Source: an uncultured Bacteroidales bacterium
GTDB taxonomy: Bacteria > Bacteroidota > Bacteroidia > Bacteroidales > VadinHA17
Assembly: GCA_963840965.1 (NCBI GenBank)
Contig: CAWJAW010000002.1
Location: forward strand, 205,645-269,644
DNA: 64,000 nt
Direction of reading: 5' to 3'
The position numbers were made by a program, and so were the translations under genes. The notes under the pieces are model-generated. The model had not been told where the DNA came from. It did no database searches and saw only the letters and a program-made list of their open reading frames with translations. Numbering within the stretch: the first letter of the stretch is position 1; each line of letters opens with the position of its first letter. Below, piece by piece: positions 1-8,734 of this stretch.

Positions 1-59
1 CCGGAAATTCCGGCAAAAAGGCGGCTGTATAACTTAAACCCGGAGAACTCCGGAAAACA

Positions 60-3032
60 TTACATCTTCAGTCCCTTCTTTTTAGTTGTATCATATACCA
101 GGGCTGTTGAAACGAAAATCGAAGAGTAGGTCCCCACAATGATTCCTATGATCATTGCAAAGAGGAAGCCTCTGATAGTTGTACCGCCGAAGAAGAACAT
201 AATAACAAGAACCAATATAGATGCGATACCTGTATTCAATGTGCGGCTGAGGGTGTCATTCAGAGCCAGGTTCAGCACCTCCCTCATCGGACGTTTCCTG
301 TGCATTGGAATAAATTCCCTGAGACGGTCAAAAACCACAACCGTGTCATTTATTGAATAACCTATCACTGTAAGAATTGCTGCAATGAACGACTGGTCGA
401 TCTCCATCGAGAATGGCATTATGCCCCACAGCAGGGAATAAATCCCCAGAACAACCAGTGTGTCATGTATTGTAGAGGCAACTGCTCCCATACCATACTG
501 CCAGTTCTTAAACCTCACAAAGATGTAGAGAAACATTATTATTGTGGCAAAAATGACAGCCATTACTGCCCTCGACTTTATATCTGCAGCGATCGTTGGA
601 CCAACTGTCTCGGAACTCTGCCTGTATTTCGAAAGGAACACATCTTTTGTCACATTGCCCGGGACCATGTCCTTCAATCCTTCGTAGAGAAGTGTTTCGA
701 CCTCATCATCCACTCCGGTCTCGTTTATTTTGTATTTGGTGGTTATCCTTACCTGATCGTCGGAACCGAAAGTAACAACCTGAGGTGCTTCACCGAAAGC
801 ATCTGAAAGCCTTGAGGCAACGTCGGCCGTATTCACGCTTTGATCAAACCTGATTACATATGTACGCCCTCCCGCAAAATCGATACCAGGGTTCAATCCC
901 CTTACAACCAGCGATACCAGTCCAATAACCATTATGGCTATAGAAATGCCATAGAAGATCTTCCTTTTCCCGATGAAATCGATCTTGGTATTTTTCAGGA
1001 TATTGGCAGTCATCTTTATTGAGAATGTAAGCTTTGTGTTACGCTTAAGCTGCCATTCATAAATGAGGCGGGTGATATAGATCGCGCAGAACAGCGATGT
1101 AAAGATACCTATTACGAGAGTGGTTGCGAAACCCTTGATCGGGCCTGTTCCAAAAACATAAAGTATGACACCTGTAAGGAGGGTTGTAAGGTTCGAGTCG
1201 AGGATGGCCGAAAGGGCTCCTTTATAACCGTCGGCTATGGCAAGCTTCATCCCTTTGCCCGCCCGGAGTTCCTCCCTGATCCTTTCGAATATCAGTACGT
1301 TGGCATCAACCGACATACCCATAGTGAGGACAATACCTGCGATACCCGGGAGGGTGAGTATTGATCCCAGGGAAGCAAGAATTCCCATGATAAGGAATAT
1401 GTTTGCCACAAGTGCTATATCGGCAATTGTACCTGCACTGCGGCTGTAGTAGAAAATCATGTAAGCCAGCACTATTATGAATGATATGATGAACGACACC
1501 ATACCGGCATTGATGGCTTCCTTTCCAAGAGTCGGTCCCACAACAGTATCGGATACTATCCTTGCAGGGGCGGGCATTTTCCCCGATTTAAGAATATTGG
1601 CAAGGTCGTCTGCCTCTTCAATGGTGAAATCACCTGTTATCTCGGTGTTTCCTCCTGTAATCTCGTTGACTACCCTCGGGTATGATCTTACGTAACCATC
1701 AAGCAATACTGCAATGCAGCGGTCTACATTGTCGCGTGTCATCCTGGCCCATGTCTTTGCTCCTTCGGCATTCATGGTAAAGTCAACCTTAACTTCAGAA
1801 CCGGTTACTCCGGTGGTTGGTCTGGCGCCCGTGATAACGTCGCCTGTAAGCGGGGCCCTTCCGTCACGAGTGGTGATCTTTATGGCATGAAGTTCATAAA
1901 GTGTTCCGCTCGGATCATATTTATAAGGGTTCTGGCTCCAGCAGAAGAAAAGGTCGCGCGGGAAAAGTGCCTTAATCTGGTTCATTGACAGGTAACGGTT
2001 AACCTGGGCCGTGTCGATGCCGGCGGCAAGTCCGACCATGCTCGAAGGCAATGGTTCTCCCTGTTCAGTAACCCGCGGACTGAGTACTCCGAAAAGTGGA
2101 TTCTGGACATTGAACTCCTCACGGGTATCAGCTACGGCCAATCCTGTATCCTGGCTTATCAGGTCCTCAAGTGACGGACTCCCCGCAGTAGTGTCAGCAG
2201 GTAGTGATAATGATTCACCGGCTGTAAGGGTAGTGTCGGTACTGAGGGTGTTGGCTTCTATTTCCCTGAGCAGGTTATTTGCCTGGATTAGGTAATTGAT
2301 TATTTCAGTGTTCTCATAGGTTTCCCAGAATTCAAGGTTTGCCGTTCCCTGAAGCAGTTCCCTTACCCTCTGCGGGTCATCCTGCCCGGGCAACTCTATA
2401 AGTATATTACCTCTTGTGGAAAGGCGCGTAATATTAGGCTGCACTACCCCGAAACGGTCGATCCTGGTGCGGAGAATGTTGAATGAATTTGATATGGCGC
2501 TCTCGACTTCTGTGTCAAGAACATTCAGGACATCAGCATTTGAGGAGTTGAAGTTTATTCTGTCGCGAAGCTCCACCGTGCCGAAGATTGCAGCCAGCCT
2601 GGCGTTGGGATCAATTTCCTCGAAAGCCCTTCCGAAGAGGTTAAGAAAGTCGGCTCCTGCCTGTGTCTGGTATTGTGTCTTTGCACGGGCAAGAGCTTCA
2701 TTGAATGTCTTGTCGGGATTGTAGTTAGAGAGAGCTTTCAGAATGTCTTCAACCGAAACCTCAAGAATAACGTTCATCCCGCCTTTCAGGTCAAGACCGA
2801 GATTCATTTCTTTTTTCTGAACTTCCTTGAAGGTGTATCCCAGGTAACTCCATTTTTCCTTAGGCAGGGCTGATAATGAATCGAGGTATTTCCTTTGTTT
2901 CACCATGTCGCCTTCTGCATATTCCCGGGCGTCTTTCCTGACTTTCCAGGTTGCACCGGTAAAAGAAAGCTGGTATATCGATACCAGAGCCAGTGCAATT
3001 GCCAGAACGATAATAGCTGCTTTGTTTTGCAT
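60..3032 (-). CDS. secDF: Protein translocase subunit SecDF (fused)
   Basis: 990 aa; LGLDLKGG, RIDRFGV, VGPTLG, GMSVDANVLIFERIREE (SecD half); GIDFAGG, GYSINDTVVVFDRLRE (SecF half). Confidence 0.97.
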   Translation of the reverse strand: MQNKAAIIVLAIALALVSIYQLSFTGATWKVRKDAREYAEGDMVKQRKYLDSLSALPKEKWSYLGYTFKEVQKKEMNLGLDLKGGMNVILEVSVEDILKALSNYNPDKTFNEALARAKTQYQTQAGADFLNLFGRAFEEIDPNARLAAIFGTVELRDRINFNSSNADVLNVLDTEVESAISNSFNILRTRIDRFGVVQPNITRLSTRGNILIELPGQDDPQRVRELLQGTANLEFWETYENTEIINYLIQANNLLREIEANTLSTDTTLTAGESLSLPADTTAGSPSLEDLISQDTGLAVADTREEFNVQNPLFGVLSPRVTEQGEPLPSSMVGLAAGIDTAQVNRYLSMNQIKALFPRDLFFCWSQNPYKYDPSGTLYELHAIKITTRDGRAPLTGDVITGARPTTGVTGSEVKVDFTMNAEGAKTWARMTRDNVDRCIAVLLDGYVRSYPRVVNEITGGNTEITGDFTIEEADDLANILKSGKMPAPARIVSDTVVGPTLGKEAINAGMVSFIISFIIVLAYMIFYYSRSAGTIADIALVANIFLIMGILASLGSILTLPGIAGIVLTMGMSVDANVLIFERIREELRAGKGMKLAIADGYKGALSAILDSNLTTLLTGVILYVFGTGPIKGFATTLVIGIFTSLFCAIYITRLIYEWQLKRNTKLTFSIKMTANILKNTKIDFIGKRKIFYGISIAIMVIGLVSLVVRGLNPGIDFAGGRTYVIRFDQSVNTADVASRLSDAFGEAPQVVTFGSDDQVRITTKYKINETGVDDEVETLLYEGLKDMVPGNVTKDVFLSKYRQSSETVGPTIAADIKSRAVMAVIFATIIMFLYIFVRFKNWQYGMGAVASTIHDTLVVLGIYSLLWGIMPFSMEIDQSFIAAILTVIGYSINDTVVVFDRLREFIPMHRKRPMREVLNLALNDTLSRTLNTGIASILVLVIMFFFGGTTIRGFLFAMIIGIIVGTYSSIFVSTALVYDTTKKKGLKM

Positions 3033-3086
3033 TTCTCTCTAATTTGGATTATTGAGGTATTTTTCCGAATATTCTTTATTGAGGCG

Positions 3087-3094
3087 CAAAGATA
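3087..3094 (-). promoter_or_regulatory. Bacteroidota -7 promoter element for secDF
   Basis: TATCTTTG on minus strand matches TAnnTTTG, ~55 bp upstream of the secDF ATG. Confidence 0.7.
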
Positions 3095-3145
3095 TTAAAT
3101 TTTTGCAAAAACATTAAATATTAACAGGGACATTGCAATGCAGTG

Positions 3146-3511
3146 CCACGCTTTAAACCATTGCACTCGTGACAGGACCGGGGAATAATCAATTTCTGGG
3201 ACAGGCAGTGCAGAATTGGAAAAGCTACTCCTGATAATGCACTGCCCCTTGAAGGGGATCCCGCATCCCGAAGAAAACCGGGATGCGGGATGACATGGTT
3301 CAAAATAATCATAGGGGGTGAGGCCGCGGCGAGAAACAAAATTTTGCCTTGGCATTTCAGTTCTCTCGCCGCGGCCTCACGCCCACCAACATAAAAGGCG
3401 CATGTCATCCCTCGCCGGTATAAACTACGGTTAGATAATCCTTCTTCCTTGGCTGCCTTTCAAAGCGGCTCGCCAATGATCCAGCTATAACGAGGCGAGG
3501 GATCCCATCAA
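3146..3511 (-). other. Candidate structured RNA or non-autonomous palindromic element, copy 1
   Basis: Stems 3204-3212/3238-3246, 3258-3270/3279-3291, 3287-3297/3401-3411, 3318-3334/3364-3380, 3407-3416/3494-3503. Stem extensions are G-U on the minus strand. No credible ORF. Confidence 0.55.
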
Positions 3512-3541
3512 AAATATTAACAGGGACATTGCAATGCAGTG

Positions 3542-3907
3542 CCACGCTTTAAACCATTGCACTCGTGACAGGACCGGGGAATAATCAATTTCTGGGACAG
3601 GCAGTGCAGAATTGGAAAAGCTACTCCTGATAATGCACTGCCCCTTGAAGGGGATCCCGCATCCCGAAGAAAACCGGGATGCGGGATGACATGGTTCAAA
3701 ATAATCATAGGGGGTGAGGCCGCGGCGAGAAACAAAATTTTGCCTTGGCATTTCAGTTCTCTCGCCGCGGCCTCACGCCCACCAACATAAAAGGCGCATG
3801 TCATCCCTCGCCGGTATAAACTACGGTTAGATAATCCTTCTTCCTTGGCTGCCTTTCAAAGCGGCTCGCCAATGATCCAGCTATAACGAGGCGAGGGATC
3901 CCATCAA
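3542..3907 (-). other. Candidate structured RNA or non-autonomous palindromic element, copy 2
   Basis: Identical to copy 1 shifted by +396. Confidence 0.55.
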
Positions 3908-3949
3908 AAATATTAACAGGGACATTGCAATGCAGTGTCCCTGTTAATA
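3906..3949 (-). terminator. Intrinsic terminator of the efflux operon
   Basis: Hairpin 3911-3949 (18-nt arms, one mismatch, 3-nt loop) followed on the minus strand by TTTTT (3910-3906), ~20 bp after the TolC stop. Confidence 0.8.
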
Positions 3950-3968
3950 AACCAGATAATATCAACCT

Positions 3969-5450
3969 TTACTCAAGTAACTTTTCAAATTCGGTTTCAA
4001 GAGGCTTCCTGTTAACAAAATCGTATAATGCCAGTGAACGGATATTGTAGTAGTAACTCCAGTAGTTCTGAAGCGCCTGAATGTACTGCCTTCTGTTCTG
4101 GTCTTTCTTGGTGTCGGCGTTGTTCAGTTCAAGGATGGCGATCTTCCCGATAAGGAACCTTTGTTTTGTCACCTCGTACATCCTCATTGCAACTGTATCC
4201 GATTTTGCCGCAACTGCTACCTGTGCTCTCTGCAGGTTAAACTGCTCAACATCGAGGATGAGGTTCTGCTCGAAATCGACCAGCGCCTGATCAGATGTCA
4301 CCTGTGCAAGTTCAAGGTTTGAAACAGCCATCTTGTATCTTCCCCTTCCCAGACCCCAGTCGAGGATTGGTACAGTGACTCCCAGCCTGATGTTCTGCTG
4401 CTGGTTCGATTGGGCATAAGCCAGGTTGAAATCAGAATCCTGATCCCTTGTTCCGAATGAAGCAATAAGATTCGCATTCAATCCTTTTTCTGCTTTAGCC
4501 TGTGCCACACTGCTCTGGGCTGTCATTACCGTCAACTGCTGCTGAAGTATTTCGGGATTATTTGCCCTGGCCAGTTCAAGCACTTCCTCCGGGCTCACCT
4601 GAAGTTCGGGAATCTCTGTCGGGATTATGAGTTCCAGCTTGACATTCTCATTAAAACCAAGAAATGACTTAAGCCTGATCTCCCTGTCGCGGAGGTTCAT
4701 TTCGGCTTCCCTTCGTTGTGTTTCAGTATTGAGCCATGTAAGCTGTAGTTCAAGAAGCTCGTTCTCTGCAATAGTACCCAGCTCAAACCTTCCCTGGGCA
4801 ATCTTGTAAAGAGTGTCGGCGTTGGCAAAGTTCATCTCCGCTATCTGCTTGTTGCTTTGGGCAAGGGCAAGAGAAAAGAAATACATTACCGCCTGGGAAT
4901 GAACACCTTCAATATTTGACAGATAATTCTGCTTTGCTGCTGAGTACCTCAGGGGCTCGGTTTTCTTCTGCCATTTCAGCGAGTTATACCTGAATAGAGG
5001 TTGTGTAAGCCCTATACTTATCGGCACCGTAATAAAATTCCTGGAGTCTCGTTCAAAATCGTTCTCAAGGGTAAGATCAGAGTCCAGAGATATGGTACCA
5101 CCGGTAAGGCCAATATTCTGTGACAGAGACAATGAACCGAGGTTACGCATAATATTGGTGGATTTGTAATCCCAGCTTTCCGTTCCGGAATTCCAGACCC
5201 TTTCAAATGCAGTGCTGTAATATGGTGTAGTTCCCGTAAAAGTCAGCGATGGCCGGTATTCTGCCTTGAAAGTACGGTACTGCCAATAGCTTGCGCGGAA
5301 CCTGTTCTTGGCCATCAGGGCATTCGGCGATTGTTCCTCTGCCAGTTTCATGACTTCATCAAGCGTCAGTCTCTTCAGTTCCTGCGAATATGAATTCCTA
5401 ATCGGGAACAGCAGCAGAACAGCTGCCGTCATTAACAAAATCTTCTTCAT
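3969..5450 (-). CDS. TolC-family outer membrane efflux protein
   Basis: 493 aa; signal peptide; LTLDEVMKLA, LTQPLFRYN, RFELGTI, VTVPILDWG, RFLIGKI (two OEP repeats). Confidence 0.9.
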   Translation of the reverse strand: MKKILLMTAAVLLLFPIRNSYSQELKRLTLDEVMKLAEEQSPNALMAKNRFRASYWQYRTFKAEYRPSLTFTGTTPYYSTAFERVWNSGTESWDYKSTNIMRNLGSLSLSQNIGLTGGTISLDSDLTLENDFERDSRNFITVPISIGLTQPLFRYNSLKWQKKTEPLRYSAAKQNYLSNIEGVHSQAVMYFFSLALAQSNKQIAEMNFANADTLYKIAQGRFELGTIAENELLELQLTWLNTETQRREAEMNLRDREIRLKSFLGFNENVKLELIIPTEIPELQVSPEEVLELARANNPEILQQQLTVMTAQSSVAQAKAEKGLNANLIASFGTRDQDSDFNLAYAQSNQQQNIRLGVTVPILDWGLGRGRYKMAVSNLELAQVTSDQALVDFEQNLILDVEQFNLQRAQVAVAAKSDTVAMRMYEVTKQRFLIGKIAILELNNADTKKDQNRRQYIQALQNYWSYYYNIRSLALYDFVNRKPLETEFEKLLE

Positions 5451-5460
5451 CTTTAGTAAA

Positions 5461-6849
5461 TTATTCGTATCTTAATGATTCAATTGGATCTTTCTCGGAT
5501 GCATTCTTGGCCGGACGATAACCGAAAACAACACCGACTGCGGCTGAAACACCGAAAGCGATAAATATGGAAAAGAAGGATACAATGGTCATTATACCTG
5601 CAACCTGCTCTATGAGTTTGGCCATTATGACCCCCAGGAATATACCGATAAAACCACCGGTAACACTTATAAGTACTGCTTCAGAAAGGAACTGAACCAC
5701 TATATCCATCTTCTTGGCTCCGATTGCCATCCTGGTGCCGATTTCCTTTATCCTTTCCATCACCGAGGCATACATTATATTCATAATGCCGATACCTCCT
5801 ACCAGAAGTGAGATGCTGGCGATAACCCCGAGTACGATATTGAAAATATCTTTTGTCCTCTCCTGCTGCTTGAGCAGAAGTTCCGGAACCGTAATCTCGA
5901 AATCCTTAACGTTTGAATGACGCCTTGCAAGCATGCGGCTGAGTATCTCAGTGCTTGAATTCAACTGTTCGGTTTCACTGACCTGAACGACGATCCTGTC
6001 GAGCTGGTTATAGTTCGTTTCCACATTGGAAGCATCAGCGCTGCTAACCACAACGCGGGCCATTCCTCCCATACCGCCCGGTCCGCCCATGATCATCATG
6101 TTTGAGGAGGCTTCCGATACAAGCTTGGTATTTACCAGAGCCCTGTTCTGAAACCTCAGAAGCATGGTCTGAATAGGGATATAGATATTGTCGTTGTAAA
6201 CATTGACCCCCTTTTCCTCAAAACCGGTAAGACTGACGTTTGTTTTCTGCAGGACGCCTATAACCTTGAGCCATATCCCGTTAAACTTGATATACTGGCC
6301 GATGGGATCGATTTTGCTGAAAAACTTTGCCCTTATATTGGCACCTATTATGCAGACCTGGATGCCGTTCTTTTCCTGGTATTCATTGAAGATTGTACCA
6401 TCGACGAGCGGCAGATTGTAAAGATGGAAATAGTCATTCGAAACTCCAACCAGCTTGGCGGTGTATTTAACTCCGTTCATCATTGCAACCGAGTTGAATG
6501 ATATTTCAGGGCTAATCCTCTTGACCGACGGGAGTGTTTCGCGGATGGCTTCTACATCGAGCATACTGAGCCCCCTCGAAAATTTCTTCGCCTGTTTTTC
6601 AGTGTCCTCCGAGCTTGAAGATGACTCTTCCTGGATAATCGGATTGATGAGAATATTGTTTACCCCAACCATTTTCATCTGTTCCATGATTTCCTGCTTC
6701 GCTCCTTTTCCGATAGCAAGCATTGCAATAACTGCTGCCACGCCGAATATGATACCAAGCGCGGTAAGCATTGACTTCAGCTTGTTGGAAACTATTGATT
6801 CAACGGCAATTTCTATGTCGTGAAAATATCTGAAGAAGAATTTGAACAT
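5461..6849 (-). CDS. MacB/FtsX-type ABC transporter permease (no fused ATPase)
   Basis: SMLTALGIIFGVAAVIAM, VGGIGIMNIM, ERIKEIGTRMAIGA, PIESLRYE. No Walker motifs. Confidence 0.92.
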   Translation of the reverse strand: MFKFFFRYFHDIEIAVESIVSNKLKSMLTALGIIFGVAAVIAMLAIGKGAKQEIMEQMKMVGVNNILINPIIQEESSSSSEDTEKQAKKFSRGLSMLDVEAIRETLPSVKRISPEISFNSVAMMNGVKYTAKLVGVSNDYFHLYNLPLVDGTIFNEYQEKNGIQVCIIGANIRAKFFSKIDPIGQYIKFNGIWLKVIGVLQKTNVSLTGFEEKGVNVYNDNIYIPIQTMLLRFQNRALVNTKLVSEASSNMMIMGGPGGMGGMARVVVSSADASNVETNYNQLDRIVVQVSETEQLNSSTEILSRMLARRHSNVKDFEITVPELLLKQQERTKDIFNIVLGVIASISLLVGGIGIMNIMYASVMERIKEIGTRMAIGAKKMDIVVQFLSEAVLISVTGGFIGIFLGVIMAKLIEQVAGIMTIVSFFSIFIAFGVSAAVGVVFGYRPAKNASEKDPIESLRYE

Positions 6850-6867
6850 ACCCTATATATTTATTGA

Positions 6868-8454
6868 TTAATTCTGATTGGTACGCTGTGATCCCTGGCC
6901 TCCGGGAACCTGCTCCTGCTGACCTGTTGTCCTGGTGCGGGCTGATGTATCCCTGCGTGCATTCTGCATCCTCTCCCTCGCAGCAGGATCATTTCTCATT
7001 TGTTCAAACCTCTGCCTCATTTCAGGATTGCTTTCCATCATCCTCCTTAAGGCGGCAGTGTCTCTCTGGCCTCCGGGTCCGCCAGGCATCATCATACCAG
7101 GTCCCATACCCGGAGCATTATTTCTTTCCCTTGCTCTTGCAGCTTCATCCTGTACCCTCTTCTCCTCTTCTCTCTTCAGCCTGGCACGGTCCTGGTTAAC
7201 GGCAATCAGATCTTCACCGGCAAGTTTGAATTTCTCGGGTTTTTCCGGAGTGCTGAGATGGATCTGGGTTCCGGGCTCAAGGCCCTGCTCAACTACCACG
7301 TGGTTCTCATTTTCCTCACCGGTGACAATAATCTGCTTTAGGCCTTTCTTTGTATATACGAACGGGATACTGTCGGTGCCGAGTTGAACGCTTTCAATAG
7401 GTATGTAAGTAACATTATCGATGGATTTTGTAACAATCTGGTTGCCGGTAGTCATCGAAGGCCGAAGTATTGGATCGGAACCCTCAAGTTTTACAACCAC
7501 CTCGAATACCTTGGCATCTGCGTTTGGTAGCTGTTCGCCGATGTTTGCTACTGATAATACCGATCCGGAGTAAGATTTTTCCGGGAAGGCATCAACAAGT
7601 ATATTCACTTTCTGGCCAACCGACACCTTGTTTACGTCTATCTCATTAACGTAGGTCTTGGATATCATTGATGACATATCCGGCAGGGTTGCAACCACAT
7701 TGTCCCATGGTGAAATGGACGACCCCACCTTTCTTTTTGCATTTGTCCTGTCTCTTTTATAGATAACCATACCGTCGGATGGGGCATAGATGATAAAATT
7801 AGCCAGCACTTTCTGTAGATCCCCTACCTTTTCGCGCTGTTCCGAAAGGTTGAATTTCAGGGTCCTCATATCCGAATTTGCCTGTTCAACTTTAAGCGAA
7901 TATCCTTTGATAGCCTGTTCCAGGGAACGTTTTGCCTTATCGAGCGCAATCTCAGCCTGCCTGATGGTGGTGGGCGGTTCGTACTTCGACTGGTCGAGGG
8001 TTATCTCTGCTTCCTCAACAGAAAACCTGAGATTCTTGATATTGTCACGAAGGTCGCTGAGCGTTACTGCCGTGTCGAGCATTTTTACCTCGAGGTTCGA
8101 CTCCAGTGTTGTCAGCCTTTCAAGCTCATCCTTTAGCGTGTTGTCAAAAGATGTCCTGTCGAGCGTACAGATGTAATCTCCTTCCTCTACCTGGGTTCCT
8201 TCCGGTACCAGATCAGTGATTTTAATCTCGGCAGCCCTGATCTGCCTGCTCTGTGCAAAATCGGGACCTGTAATATCCGTAGAATTTTCAGCCTGGAGCT
8301 CCCCTGTAGTTGAGACAACCACCTCAAATAATCCATTCTTTGCTTCCACATACAGATTGGCAAGGTCTTTCTTCTTTGCAGCCTTTCCGATAAGTATCAG
8401 GGCTATTATTGCAGCAACTGCAACTATCCCTATAATGACAACTGACTTTTTCAT
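6868..8454 (-). CDS. Efflux periplasmic adaptor (MacA/HlyD-family MFP) with a low-complexity C-terminal tail
   Basis: N-terminal TM anchor; lipoyl halves (LVPEGTQVEEGD; IYAPSDGMV); coiled coil; VNEIDVNKVSVGQ, LRPSMT; ~100-aa Arg/Met/Gly/Gln-rich tail. Confidence 0.9.
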   Translation of the reverse strand: MKKSVVIIGIVAVAAIIALILIGKAAKKKDLANLYVEAKNGLFEVVVSTTGELQAENSTDITGPDFAQSRQIRAAEIKITDLVPEGTQVEEGDYICTLDRTSFDNTLKDELERLTTLESNLEVKMLDTAVTLSDLRDNIKNLRFSVEEAEITLDQSKYEPPTTIRQAEIALDKAKRSLEQAIKGYSLKVEQANSDMRTLKFNLSEQREKVGDLQKVLANFIIYAPSDGMVIYKRDRTNAKRKVGSSISPWDNVVATLPDMSSMISKTYVNEIDVNKVSVGQKVNILVDAFPEKSYSGSVLSVANIGEQLPNADAKVFEVVVKLEGSDPILRPSMTTGNQIVTKSIDNVTYIPIESVQLGTDSIPFVYTKKGLKQIIVTGEENENHVVVEQGLEPGTQIHLSTPEKPEKFKLAGEDLIAVNQDRARLKREEEKRVQDEAARARERNNAPGMGPGMMMPGGPGGQRDTAALRRMMESNPEMRQRFEQMRNDPAARERMQNARRDTSARTRTTGQQEQVPGGQGSQRTNQN

Positions 8455-8606
8455 GTGATAATTAAAATTATTTTATTGTTGTAAGTTAAGTGCTTCGTCC
8501 GGAATCCTCATGATCTGAAATTGTTTCCCTGGTCTTTTGTTTCTCCTACATGAAGTCCCTGGTGAACCTGTATTTATTCCTTTAAATTTATAAAATGATT
8601 GTGGTG

Positions 8607-8614
8607 CAAAAATA
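8607..8614 (-). promoter_or_regulatory. -7 promoter element for the efflux operon
   Basis: TATTTTTG on minus strand; implies a leader of ~145 nt before the MFP ATG. Confidence 0.6.
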
Positions 8615-8734
8615 TTCAACTGCACACTATCATTAAACGTTTTAACATCTTTTAATGTTTATCCGTTTAATTGCTCCGGTTTAAAGACACTCATGATTAT
8701 CCTTTTATTCCGCGGAGGCCTTAAAAAAAGAAAA

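Larger units (their letters stand above)
3116..3937. repeat. Exact tandem duplication of a 396-bp structured non-coding unit, bounded by three 30-bp direct repeats
   Basis: 3121-3516 and 3517-3912 appear identical. AAATATTAACAGGGACATTGCAATGCAGTG occurs at 3116-3145, 3512-3541 and 3908-3937 (period 396). Each unit holds perfect inverted repeats of 9, 13, 11, 17 and 10 bp. Confidence 0.95.

Noticed and set aside
1-53. Two short CCGG-based hairpins after the secDF stop
   Set aside because: Stems are only 5-6 bp with no clear U-tract, and the context is cut by the window edge.
3146-3511. Hammerhead ribozyme, tRNA, tmRNA or RNase P identity for the structured unit
   Set aside because: No CUGAnGA/GAAA core (nearest CTGATAA, CTGAAAT), no T-loop or CCA end, and no RNase P P4 signature seen by eye on either strand. 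An Infernal search is still needed.
3095-3804. 86-95 aa ORFs inside the tandem repeat (3095-3355, 3121-3408, 3485-3751, 3517-3804)
   Set aside because: They overlap in different frames, run through long palindromes, and have no recognisable motif. A small peptide cannot be fully excluded without Ribo-seq.
3116-3937. CRISPR array (three 30-bp partly palindromic direct repeats)
   Set aside because: The intervening sequences are 366 bp and identical, the repeat is part of a terminator, and there are no cas genes in the window.
8473-8511. 12-aa upstream ORF (MRIPDEALNLQQ) in the efflux operon leader
   Set aside because: No attenuator hairpin or biased codons; ORFs this short are expected by chance.
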